A stretch of DNA of 64,000 nt, from assembly GCF_964204645.1 (NCBI RefSeq), contig NC_134034.1, positions 9,808,962 to 9,872,961 of the forward strand, read 5' to 3'. The position numbers were made by a program, and so were the translations under genes. This DNA is from Tubulanus polymorphus. Its lineage: Eukaryota > Animalia > Nemertea. This document shows, in pieces, positions 1 through 13,800 of the stretch (its first letter is position 1; every line of letters begins with the position of its first letter). Below the pieces are notes generated by a model. It worked only from the letters and a program-made list of their open reading frames with translations, was not told the DNA's origin and searched no databases.

Positions 1-321
1 CTCCCGAGTCCTCATCTCTCCTCGCTGAAAGGCCGCGATCACCGACTCGGCAGTGATCACTGACTCACGGCAGTCCTCTGTATTTATAAACGGACATACA
101 TCACGGACTCCCTAGAGTCCTTTGTACCTGGTAACGGGTAGCGATCACGGACGTTCATGATTCATCCGTGGCTTATTACCGGCAGCGATACGCGACTCTC
201 AGCTGAGTCCTCGTATTTCAACACGGATATCAATCGCTGACTCCCGCGAGTCCTCTGCAGTTGATAATACGCAGCTATCACTGACTAGCGGGAGTCGTTG
301 GTGTTTGTGAACGGACAGCGA

Positions 322-526
322 TCACTGACTCTCGATAGTCGTCTGCGTTTGCGTAGTAACCGGGTGTTTAACGGCGAGTTCTGATTGGCCGGCGGTGCTG
401 CCACCGCCGCTCGCGCACATCTGGTTTAATGTACAGAATGCCGACCCCGCGCTCGGTTTCAAAACGAACTGACTTTGTTTCAACGGGTTAAACAACAACG
501 GTTCTTTCACTACAGGTGGCGCTCTT
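322..526 (-). CDS. GLCCI1: FAM117/GLCCI1 exon 8 (terminal)
   Basis: RAPPVVKEPLLFNP...PSAGSAFC...TTIESQ*; cattgcag acceptor, phase 2. Confidence 0.88.
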
Positions 527-3500
527 CTGCAATGAAAAGAAATAAATAAATAATATATACGTACACCTGTTTATCAATAGTAGAAACTTAAAGATGAAAC
601 TTTGATGATCAATTTCAATCGGGACCCACGATGACTAGCAATGGATGATCACCAGGTGTCTCTGGTGTGCAGTAGGATATAAACTACTGCAGCAACAGAG
701 GGTTCTAATTGTTGCAAGTAAGGATCCACCAGGTGTCACTAGTGTGTAGTAGGACATCAACTACTGCAGCAATAGAGGATTCCACTTGTATAAGTGAGGA
801 TCCACCAGGTGTCGCTAGTGTGTAGTAGGACATCAACTACTGCGGTGATAAATGATTAAATATAAGCCTGAAAAGTGGCGCCATCAGCACTTACTTTGGT
901 TCAGTGATGATATTGACTTTTTCGCAGCCATCCGGCGGCTCACGACCAAATGAATACGACTTGTTCGGCCGCGGACTAATCGTGTGTTTTGGCAAGCTAA
1001 TTAATTCGGGACTATCTCCTTCTGCTGAAAGACTTATGGGACCTGAAAATACATAGACACACAGATTAAATACCAGAAATTAGACATTTTAACAGCGCGC
1101 TTTCAAAAACTGATCGTCCACACTTCACATTTGTTCGGTACTTCACCCGAGACATTTCTATTTGTAAATGAACTACAAACACCAGGACTCAGTTCCACAG
1201 TCATGAGTTAGAGTTAACTCTGAGTTAAAGTTAGTTCATTTTCAATGTTTTTAACCCAGAGTCAAATCTTAACTCAGAACAGTGGAACTGGGCCCTGACA
1301 TTAGATATTTTATCAGCTCACTATCAGAAACTGATCATGTATATAACTATTGGTTCTATACATTACCACCGTTACTACCAGTACTACCTGTGAGATCATC
1401 ATGGCTCCCACTACTTTAACATCGTTTTTGAAATATTTGGAAAAGTGATATTTTTCAGTCAGTACAAAAATCCGCGGAAAACCGCTGATCGCCGCGGGGA
1501 ATTCCCATCCCTGATTTATCAGTTTTTAAGTACCGGATTTTCCTCTCGGTCTCTCACGTACCTTTAGATTCAATCTCTTTCGTTTCGGTTTCGGTGTTCT
1601 CCGACGACCGGCTCGACGGACGAGACAAATCCATATGACCGGGAATAATCGGCGGGAACGACGGACTGATCGACTGCGACCGACTGCTCGTGCCGCTGTC
1701 ATGGTCGACGTAGCCAGAACACGGCGTCTGAGTATCGATGCTGCGCGTGCCGCTGCCTCCGCGTATCAGTTCCAGTACGGGAGCGCGGTGTCCGTCGGGC
1801 GTTGGCTCCTGTATATGCTACAACGATACAATCAAAATAATAATAACAATAATAATATGCAATCGATCGAAGCAGCATTGCGAACGACAGGATTTACATC
1901 TGAAAGTAGTCCCCAGGCTGGTGTCATAGTCATGGCTTAGATTCAAGACACAGTCTTAGCTCCGTTTGGTTCTATAGCCAATCTAACAACTTAAGACCAG
2001 TCTTAAGCATGATTCCCACAGTTATATGAATAAAAAAATCCATTCAAGGTTTTTCCCAAGTATTTCATGGATTTCAATTTTCCCAAATGGAATGAACAGA
2101 TACCATCATGCTACAGTAAACATTTTAGTGGTGACTGGTTGATAAAGGTGATTCTTAAGGGAAATCGCTGAAGAAAGTTGCCCTCTGCAAATGAAATACA
2201 TGAAATGTAAATGAATTTCCCAAATATTTCCCCGATTGGAGGAAATATTCCCAAGTTTTTCCTAATTTCCCTGTTCTGTGGGAACCATGCTTAAGATTAT
2301 CACGTTAGGACTTGATTTTTGACTATGGCACTGGCCCCTGATACCTAAGACTGGTTCTGTCGGATCAGCAATAGAAATACGAAGGTCTTATGCTGGTCTC
2401 AAATGTAAGCCATTACTGGGCAACTAGGCCTCGGGCCGAGTTAAGATGCGAGTCCAGAAGCGGTCTTAACTTCAAAGTTCGCTAAGTCGTTAAGATCAAA
2501 TACGCTTTGGCTGCAGTTCTTAAAGCTAAGATTTATTGACCGCGTGACTTCACACCTCGGAGAATCGAGACCTTCGAAGAGATTTTTACTAGCATGAAGA
2601 AAGATAGAAACTTTAGACGGGTTCCCGACTGACACTCACCCGATCTAAATCTATGTCATCATTCCCTGAGTGACTATTCTTCAGCACCAACCTTTCTATC
2701 TCCTGGAAATAAAAAAACAGCGCCAATTCAAAAAGTTATTTCGACACAGGGCGGCATCCAGGTATCTACGAGATATCCTTAGCCGAGTCATACCATCATA
2801 TTTCTGAGTGCCTCCTTAATAATTCTGATTTTGAGCATAATTTGTTTTTCATATTTTCAGGAGTGATATCCAATCTAATTTTGAGCATATTTTTCATATT
2901 TTTAAGGAGTAATAGCCTAGGGGGTCATTCATTTATTACATATGCATTAGGGGAGAGGGAGGGGTCAGTGCAATTGCGTACTGTAATGCTTAATGTATAT
3001 GAAAAAATGGCCGATTTTGCGTACAGAGGGGAGGGGGGTTGAAAAATTCAAATTTTATGCGTACGTAATAAATGAATGATCCCCAATCTGATTTTGAGCA
3101 TATTTCCAAAATGTTTTGTAGCAGAGCTTAACACGTTGGTTGCCAGTTCAATACGGTGTCAACTCCCTCCCTACCCCACATGTAACTAAGAATATACTCG
3201 TAGTTTGGCACCCGAGCTTTGCTCGAAATTAACCAGAGCATTGATAATGAAGCCGAATTTGTTCACATTGACATGTCTCAACAATCGACACCCCGAGTTC
3301 ACAGTCAGGTATCCACAATCCCTCACCTGCGAGTACAGAATCCCCCGGATAGTCAGGTATCCACAATCCCTCACCCGCGAGTTCAGAATCCCCCGGATAG
3401 TCAGGTATCCACAATCCCTCACCCGCGAGTTCAGAATCCCCCGGATAGTCAGGTATCCACAATCCCTCACCCGCGAGTTCAGAATCCCCCGGATAGTCAG

Positions 3501-6500
3501 GTATCCACAATCCCTCACCCGCGAGTTCAGAATCCCCCGGATAGTCAGGTATCCACAATCCCTGAGCTGCGAGTACAGTATACTAACCTGATTAAGACCC
3601 TCCACGCTGCCGCGTATACGAGGTACCCCGGTTTTCGGAATATGCGGAACCGGTATTCCTATCGCTTTGGAAGTTGTGATGATCAGGTTCGCGGTGGCGA
3701 GCGCCAGGTGGTGTCCGTGGATCGGCGACTGTCTCTGCTGGGCCGAACTCGACTTGCTGCTCTCTTTACTTCGCTGTAACCGTTGACGATACAACTGCAA
3801 CAATACAACGATAGCAGACGTCATTCGATCTGCGGGCGGAAAACGAACGCGTCGATCGCACATTTTTGAACACGAAGGAAGGTGTGGTGAGGTGACTGAA
3901 CTGTTACAGAGGGTGAGGGGGGCAGACGGTCAGATTATCTTCAAATAAACACAGGGTCCCTACGGATCAGTCATTCCTAATCCTAGATATAAGGAGTTTT
4001 TTAAGGAGAAAATTTCATATTTCAAAGAAGCGTCTGCATCGCTTTCATATCACTTTTACTGTAGACTAAATCAGTACTGTTTATCTCGGTAAACTGATAA
4101 TTCAGTGGTTTTTTAAACAAATTTTTATCCCTAAGACTACCTAAACTCGATTTTTTAATTTGCTAAAAATTCAGGTCCAAACATTATCGATTAAGAGATA
4201 GTCCACTCTAATACTACAAACTAGACAAAAATTTCTAATTGCCCATTTTGTAGGTAAAGGGGTTTAAATTGAAGGGGCTTCAAAGTTCAAGGAGCTTCTG
4301 GCATTTTGCTCGAATGAGTTTTTAAGGAATGACGGGTTTGTAGGGACCCTGAAAGGGATGGACGGTGTTACGAAACTCATGCGAGGAAATGGTACAGGAT
4401 GGAAGCTTATTCCAAGGGATAGTTTGAGATGATGACACAGATAGTTCATTCCAAGGGATAGTTTGAGATGATGACACAGATAGTTCCACAACGATAGTTT
4501 AATAGAGTTAGTTCGAGATAGTATCAGACAGATAAGTGAAGACAGTTTCGATGTAGAATTCGGTAATTACAATCGATTATTTCCGATGGATAGTTCAGGA
4601 AAGTTAGTTCCAGAACGGCAGAAGGATTACTCCTGCCGGATGGGTGGTTGGAAAGTTAAAGAGTTAGTTCAAGATGGCAGTCACTTGAGAGGGATGGTTT
4701 CAGGTGGATAGTTTGAGATAGTTGGTATAAGGTGGATGGTATTGAGATGGATAGTTCAAAGAAGTTAGTTACAGATAGATAGTTTGGGACAGCTAGTTTC
4801 GAAGGTGGATAGTTTAGGACAGTTACTTTCAAAGGTGGATAGTTTGGGACAGTTAGTTTCGAAGGTGGATAGTTTGGGACAGTTATTTCAAAAGGTGGAT
4901 ATTTAGGGACAGTTATTTCAAAGGGTGGATAGTTTGGGACAGTTATTTCAAAGGTGGGTAGTTTGGGACAGTTAGTTTCAAAGGTGGATAGTTGGGGACG
5001 GTTACTTTCAAAGGTGGATAGTTGCAGAGTTAGTTTCGAAGGTGGATAGTTGCGGACAGTTAGTTCAAAGGTGGATAGTTAGGAACAGTTAGTTTCGAAG
5101 GTGGATAGTTTGAGACGGTTAGTTTTGAAGGTGGATAGTTTACGACGGTTAGTTCGAAGGTGGATAGTTGGGGACGGTTAGTTTCAAAAGGTGGATAGTT
5201 GGGGACGGTTAGTTTCGAAAGGTGGATAACGGGTACTTGACGGTTTACCGGATACCTACTAATAAAGTGATATTTTCACGGATATTACCCACCGATGCTG
5301 AGCGTTTGTGTTTCTTTTTCACTTTCTCCGAAACCGATTCCTCAAAATCCTCAGTCTACGAAAATAAACCAAAACAAACGAGAAAATTAAATTCAAGGGT
5401 CATTTCAGTATATATAGGATACCAGCAGGATACACGTCTTTGATGGGTTGGTCGATGTGCAGACATAAAATAAGCGATAGTTGTCAATAATATGTTCCTT
5501 AACCCTTTCAGTGCGTCTACACCGCAGTGCAGTGTATATAAATCAGTGATTGATTTTGCTAGTACACCGCACTGCGGTGTATTGATGTAATTAGTAATTA
5601 TCTCTCTTGAAAAATGGCAGCACCTGTCAAACATAGTGAACTATTAGTAACTACCGATACACCGCACAACAGTGTAGACGCACTATAGTGGTATTCCCGT
5701 TGTTCAACACACTAGGGATGAATCTTCCAAAATTTTTAGATTATCTCCAGCACTATAGGGTATTGATTAGTCAGCACTGAAAGGGTTAACACAGGTACAA
5801 TCTCCCAACTCCCAATTGTATAGTTCACTAATTCCCACACACATACATCCACTTCACATGTTACCACCGCTAAAAATGGGGTACCCGCAACACCGACTAT
5901 CACGCCAGATGGCGTGCCGAGCACTACGTTGTCAAAACGGTTCATTTTCTATGAATTTTGAACTGGATCAAGACCAAATATACGATACTTTCATTCCTCT
6001 ACTCAGATATCGGTCTAGTTTTCATTAATAATTACAGATTCATTCATGAGAAAAGTTCATTTAGATCTAATTGAAATGTAGCAGAAATTGAAGCGCGGAA
6101 AACCGAGTAACTACTAGTGAACCCAGTAATACTAGCGAACCTGGTGGATCCTCGCCTGCCATACGTGGAATCCTCGATTGCCACAGTAGCACCACACACA
6201 AGAGTGGGACTGCTCCTGATTGCCACAGTAGCACCACACACAAGAGTGGGACTGCTCCTGATTGCCACAGTAGCACCACACACAAGAGTGGGACTGCTCC
6301 TGATTGCCACAGTAGCACCACACACAAGAGTGGGACTGCTCCCGATTGCCACAGTAGCACCACACACAAGAGTGGGACTGCTCCTGATTGCCACAGTAGC
6401 ACCACACACAAGAGTGGGACTGCTCCTGATTGCCACAGTAGCACCACACACAAGAGTGGGACTGCTCCCGATTGCCACAGTAGCACCACACACAAGAGTG

Positions 6501-7782
6501 GGACTGCTCCTGATTGCCACAGTAGCACCACACACAAGAGTGGGACTGCTCCTGATTGCCACAGTAGCACCACACACAAGAGTGGGACTGCTCCCGATTG
6601 CCACAGTAGCACCACACACAAGAGTGGGACTGCTCCCGATTGCCACAGTAGCACCACACACAAGAGTGGGACTGCTCCCACAGTCAGCGAAGTATTGCCG
6701 TTTCTTTTTTTGTTCGTCTTTCTTTCCAGTATCTCATAAAGCCAGTCATATTATGCTTTCCACCAAATAATTTCGAACTTGAACTTTTAGGCCTCATGTA
6801 TGCTAGCCAGTAACCTAAAACCTGGCGCAATTTACCACCTTTTTGCCAGATCGCCGAGCCTACACAACAACAAAAAAATGCCCCGATTTGCGCTTCGAAG
6901 CATAAAAACAAAACGAAATTGTCGCCAAATGAATCGTAAAAACATCCCCGACTGTTTCATGTTTATTTTATACGCGTAGGGACCAGCTGTCATTCATTCG
7001 TTATATATCATTATTCAAATTCAAACAAAGTCAGATAGTCAATATATATATATATATATATATATATATCTATCGGTATATGTATTCCTGAGGCGTAAAC
7101 ACGCGATGAATCTACATCGTAAATTACATTATCAGCCGATCTCTTACTGCGGTCACGACGACATTGCTGACCTAACGGGCCGCATCGTTCCAAATCAAAC
7201 GGAAATTCCAAATCAAAAATTCAAAAAAATCCACAAAAAAAATCGGAAAACTCGAAACGATGAGGGGCAGGGAGGGCGAAAATGGATGGTGGTGAGGGTC
7301 GTAAGAAAACGACGCTATTGTTTTCCCTGACTTGATCGACTAAGAATCCAATCAATTCACACACAGTCCAATACATTTAAGACATAGACATGAACTGTTT
7401 GATCTTATGACCCGCGATCTCAACAAATTTCCCCGACTCGCAGCTTTTCTACGGAATTCCCAGACTTTTTTCAAAGAATAATCCCTGACCATTCCCGTTT
7501 TAATACCATCAAAGGCCTTGAAAAATATTTCCGCTCCCTCCCTCCCTCCCTCCCTCCCTCCCTCCCTCCCTCCCTCCCTCCCTCCCTCCCTCCCTCCCTC
7601 CCTCCCTCCCTCCCTCCCTCCCTCCCTCCCTCCCTCCCTCCCTCCCTCCCTCCCTCGTCGGTTTCACATACCTCATGCACAATCGATCGGTTATAGCTGA
7701 ATCGTGGGGTTATAATGAGCTCAACGCAACTAGAGTCACGAACATCATCCTGTTTATCGAGACCACATCATCAAAAATATAT

Positions 7783-7846
<64 letters not shown>

Positions 7847-10800
7847 CATAAACAGGAAAAAATGTAGGCCACGACTGATTTTTTTGTAAAATTGTTGGTT
7901 GATTTTAATATTTTCAGGCTAATATTTCGCAACCAGCAGAGTTACACGCCTAATGTTGGAGTGAGGGCTGTTTTTTATCAAGAGGCTCCTCGTGTCACTC
8001 GTCACCAGCAAGAACAACAAGACACCAAAAATTCAAATTCGCAAATCAAATTATAAGTTATCCTCACTGAGGGTCATTCTTTCTCAAAGAGGTTCCTCGT
8101 CTCACTCGTCACCAGCAAGAACAACAAGACACCAAAAATTCAAATTCGCTAATCAAATTATAAGTTATCCTCACTGAGGGTCAATCTTTCTTAAAGAGGT
8201 TCCTCGTGTCACTCGTCACCAGCAAGAACAACAAGACACCAAAAATTCAAATTCGCAAATCAAATTATAAGTTATCCTCACTGAGGGTCATTCTTTCTCA
8301 AAGAGGTTCCTCGTCTCACTCGTCACCAGCAAGAACAACAAGACACCAAAAATTCAAATTCGCTAATCAAATTATAAGTTATCCTCACTGAGGGTCAATC
8401 TTTCTTAAAGAGGTTCCTCGTGTCACTCGTCACCAGCACGAACAACAAGACACCTCAATAAATCGAAAGTCCGAGATTTCTCTGAAGAAAATACCTAGTC
8501 AGAATTCGCTGATTTTTCCCTCCGGAGACTCCCCTGGTTAAGATTGTTTTATTTTCAATGAATAAATAATAAAAAAAAAGATCCGGAAATCCCCCGATTT
8601 TTGGTAACCGGTACGAACCCTAAAACGTTGTTCGACGAGATGAGTGTGAACTCACATTATTGTCGAACTGGATCGCGTTTATTCATCGGAACGGATCCTG
8701 AGCCGCCGGGTCGACGATGAGCGTTTGTCGTCGTGTAGACAATGACACAACGCCGCTGACAGTCGACGGGTCTAAGCGTTGTACACGTCACATGTATCGA
8801 TCCAACGCATACACACAACAGAGACACACGACTGATACAGGAATAAAAAACATTACACGACGCACGCGAGCCTAGATTTCTATTCCGACCCCCTGCTGTC
8901 GGAACCCCTCCCCGCCCCGACCGATAGCGAATTCATTCGGACACTCTTAAGCCCCCCCCCCCCACCGTCGAGGGCGGCGTCAAAATCGTAGGAATCTCGT
9001 CGCGACAGATTTCGCAGGGTCGAGACACGTCACGGGAGCTGCCGTAAAAAATCTCATTACAACTGATGTGTTTCAAAATTCATACGAAATTTCAATTTCC
9101 CGATCGAAATCTTAAAATATCCTGACGTAGCCCCCCCGGGTTATTTGCGCCGTATATTCCCCCAGTATAAAGCACGTCTGAAAAAACTCACTCTCCCTTT
9201 TCCCAAAGCCTCCGAACGAACCCCTCAACCCGAAACCTCCTACCTGAATTGTCTCATCACCTCGAAACATAAAACGTCGCGAGACAGCCAGGTGCGATAT
9301 ATATACGTCCGAAATTTCAACTGAGAAGAAAATGTGGTCGTTCCTTTCGGCGAGAGCTGCCTGCGTCTGCTGCTAATAAAATACTCAGCACCTGCAGTCG
9401 AAGCACTGCGTTTTACAGAGCTGCAAGCTGGCACCGTGCCAACGTGCATATTACAATAATGCCTACCCGATCACCCCCGTCGACGAGTGGACCGCCCCGA
9501 ATTGGCTACCCGCGTAACGCCGCTCGCTCGAACGGCGAGGGATAGCAGGTGTGCCAGCGAGATATTGACCGGTTTAGAGAGAAAAAAAAAGTGTCGATTT
9601 TATTCAAGAAGTTCAATTCTGATATATTTAGGCAGGTGTCAGATCATCGCGAAAAAAAAAACAGAACCGTGTTATAGACCGCGCGATTGGAAAAAAATAT
9701 CATATGAAACTTTTTAAATCGTTTTCCTGCACGAGTGGAGTGGAGAGGGAGGGGAGAGAAAGGTTGTAGCCTAATTACAGGATATTGAACCTGGGAGAGG
9801 GAAAGGGAGAGGAGAGGGGAGAGAGGAAAGAGGAGAGAAGAGGGGAAAAAGAGGGGAGGTAATGAAAGAGAAGGGGAGAGAGGGGGGAGGAGAAAGAGGG
9901 GAAGATAGGAAAGAGAGAAGGGGAGATCGAGGTTGTAATAACAGAATGTTGAACCTGGGAGAGGGGAAGAGGAGAAAAAGAATGGACGTAAGAAGAGGAG
10001 AGAGGAGAGGGGAACAGAGAATGGGAGAGAGGAGAGGGGGATCAAGGTTTCAACAACCTGGGAGGGTGAGGAGAGGAGGAGATGTTAATAACATAAATCA
10101 ATACAATCTCATTTAAAACTGGTTTTGAATTTTAATTTAAAGTTTTTTTTTTTTTTTTTTTTTTTTGCAGCAGCAGCAGCAGCAGCAGAGAGCGGCAATT
10201 ATAGGGTCATGCTTATCGGAGGAAACTCCCATAACTGTCGTCATAGCTTGGACGATCTTTGACCACTTTAAATCCAAATGACGAATTCATCAGAAATAAA
10301 TTATTAGGACTCAAAAACAGTGAAGAGTTGAGTAATGCAAAACCTTATCCAATGAAACCTCAACAGAGTTTGATTGTAGGGGTTTAATAGCATTTATGTA
10401 ACAGGGTCCCTACAGATCTGCCATTCCTGGATATACAGGGTCCCTACGGATCAGCCATTCCTGGATATACAGGGTCCCTACTGATCAGTCATTCCTGGAT
10501 ATACAGGGTCCCTACAGATCAGCCATTCCTGGATATACAGGGTCCCTACAGATCAGTCATTACTGGATATACAGGGTCCCTACGGATCAGCCATTACTGG
10601 ATACACAGGGTCCCTACGGATCAGCCATTCCTGGATATACAGGGTCCCTACAGATCAGCCATTCCTGGATATACAGGGTTCCTACGGATCAGCCATTCCT
10701 GGATATACAGGGTCCCAACAGATCAGTCATTCCAGGATATACAGGGTCCCTACAGATCAGTCATTCCAGGATATACAGGGTCCCTACGGATCAGTCATTC

Positions 10801-13800
10801 CTGGATATACAGGGTCCCTACAGATCGGCCATTCCTGGATATACAGGGTCCCTACAGATCGGCCATTCCTGGATATACAGGGTCCCTACAGATCAGTCAT
10901 TCCAGGATATACAGGGTCCCTACGGATCAGTCATTCCTGGATATACAGGGTCCCTACAGATCGGCCATTCCTGGATATACAGGGTCCCTACAGATCAGTC
11001 ATTCCTGGATATACAGGGTCCCTACAGATCAGCCATTCCTGGATATACAGGGTTCCTACGGATCAGCCATTCCTGGATATACAGGGTCCCAACAGATCAG
11101 TCATTCCAGGATATACAGGGTCCCTACAGATCAGTCATTCCAGGATATACAGGGTCCCTACGGATCAGTCATTCCTGGATATACAGGGTCCCTACAGATC
11201 GGCCATTCCTGGATATACAGGGTCCCTACAGATCGGCCATTCCTGGATATACAGGGTCCCTACAGATCGGCCATTCCTGGATATACAGGGTCCCTACAGA
11301 TCAGTCATTCCTGGATATACAGGGTCCCTACAGATCAGTCATTCCTGGATATACAGGGTCCCTACGGATCAGTCATTCCTGGATATACAGGGTCCCTACA
11401 GATCGGCCATTCCTGGATATACAGGGTCCCTACAGATCGGCCATTCCTGGATATACAGGGTCCCTACAGATCGGCCATTCCTGGATATACAGGGTCCCTA
11501 CAGATCAGTCATTCCTGGATATACAGGGTCCCTACAGATCAGTCATTCCTGGATATACAGGGTCCCTACAGATCAGTCATTACTGGATATACAGGGTCCC
11601 TACGGATCAGTCATTCCTGGATATACAGGGTCCCTACAGATCAGTCATTCCTGGATTTTTTAAGGAGAAAACTTAAACTTTCAATGAAGTGTCTGCATCC
11701 CTCTCAGATTCTTATTACTGTAGACTCCTCCTAAATCGGGACTGTTTATCTCGGTAAACCGGTAATTCAGTGGTTTTGTAAACAAATTCTTCTTATCCTT
11801 TTATACAAACCTAAACTTGGTAACTAATTCAGTAACCCCCAAGTAACCGGTTAATTGGATGAAAAAAATCCTGGTCCCAACTGTACTGACTTTTATAGGG
11901 GGTAATCAACAACATGCTGTACAACAATTTCTAATTTCTTATCCAATTGATTCTATTTAATTGTTTATTTCTCAAAATCGAAGGAGTTTAAAAGGAGTTT
12001 CTGGCATAAATTTAGTTCAGTTTCAAGCGCGTTTAAAATCATTGAGTTTTTAAGGAATCAAGGAATCGATGGGACTGTTAAATAATTAGGGGGCGGCACG
12101 GGGGGGCGGAGTTTCACGACATGTAATCGGTTAATTGTAAAGAAACTGGTTCTTCGAGGGGCTTCAATAACATTAAACCCGATCGTCGTTCCATCGCATT
12201 AAATAAAACTCAATCTAGGACATATCCGAAGATCCCCCAGTTAACCCTTTCAGTGCTGACTAATTAATACCCTATGCTAGAGATAATTTGAAAATTGTAA
12301 AAAATTCCATTGAATTGAATAAAGGGAATAGCACTATAGTGCGTCTATACCGCGGTGCAGTGTATCATTTATCACTGATTTATACACCACACTGTCGTGT
12401 AGACGCACTGAAAGGGTTAAAGGACGCGCGTCGGCAATAAATTTCAGTCTTATTTAATTTTAATTTAACATCAAACGCTACTACAAATGATATAACAAAC
12501 ATTATCATTGTAGTTCGCTGAATGGGAGCTTCAGTTCTCTGGATAGGAGCCAAATTTCACGAGTGTATCTACTAGTAGTACACAGTCAGCGCGGCTGCTG
12601 GGTCTAACGTTTTCGTTGAGGTGTATGTGGGGAAGATTTAAAGTCAGACAAAAGCATCGATTGCATTTTTGGCCCATGCCAAATTAGGCCCGGAACAACT
12701 GTGCGTTTAAGCCTGTTTGGCCCCGGCCTATTTGGCATGCCCAAAAATGTTGGACCAGCCCTCCGATATTCACTCCAGAAACTCAGGGATGGGTCGAGGA
12801 TATTCACTCCAGAAACTCAGGGACGGGTCGAGAATATTCACTCCAGAAACTCAGGGATGGGTCGAGGATATTCACTCGAGAAACTAAGGGATGGGTCGAG
12901 GATATTCACTCCAGAAACTCAGGGATGGGTCGAGGATATTCACTCCAGAAACTAAGGGATGGGTCGAGGATATTCACTCCAGAAATGCAGGGATGGGTCG
13001 AGGATATTCACTCCAGAAACTCAGGGATGGGTCGAGAATATTCATTTCAGAAACTCAGGGATGGGTCAAGGATATTCACTCCAAAAATGCAGGGATGGGT
13101 CGAGGATATTCACTCCAGAAAATCAGGGATGGGTCGAGGATATTCACTCTAGAAACTAAGGGATGGGTCGAGGATATTCACTCCAGAAATGCAGGGATGG
13201 GTTGAGAATATTCACTCCAGAAAATCAGGGATGGGTCGAGGATATTCACTCCAGAAACTAAGGGATGGGTCGAGAATATTCACTCGAGAAACTAAGGGAT
13301 GGGTCGAGGATATTCACTCGAGAAACTAAGGGATGGGTCGAGAATATTCACTCGAGAAACTAAGGGATGGGTCGAGGATATTCACTCCAGAAATGCAGGG
13401 ATGGGTCGAGAATATTAACTCCAGAAATGCAGGGATGGGTCGAGAATATTCATTTCAGAAACTCAGGGATGGGTCAAGGTTATTCACTCCAAAAATGCAG
13501 GGATGGGTTGAGGATATTCACTCCAGAAAATCAGGGATGGGTCGAGGATATTCACTCCAGAAACTAAGGGATGGGTCGAGGATATTCACTCCAGAAATGT
13601 AGGGATGGGTCGAGGATATTCACTCCAGAAACTAAGGGATGGGTCGAGGATATTCACTCCAGAAATGCAGGGATGGGTCGAGAATATTCACTCGCGAAAC
13701 GCGGGGATCAGTCGAGGATATTCACTCTAGAAACGCGGGGACGGGTCGAGGATATTCACTCCAGAAACTCAGGGATGGGTCGAGAATATTCACTCGCGAA

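Noticed and set aside
6044-6770. Long repetitive ORFs on both strands (also 3205-3779 and 12701-14440)
   Set aside because: They are translations of intronic minisatellites, with several frames open and no splice context or domain.
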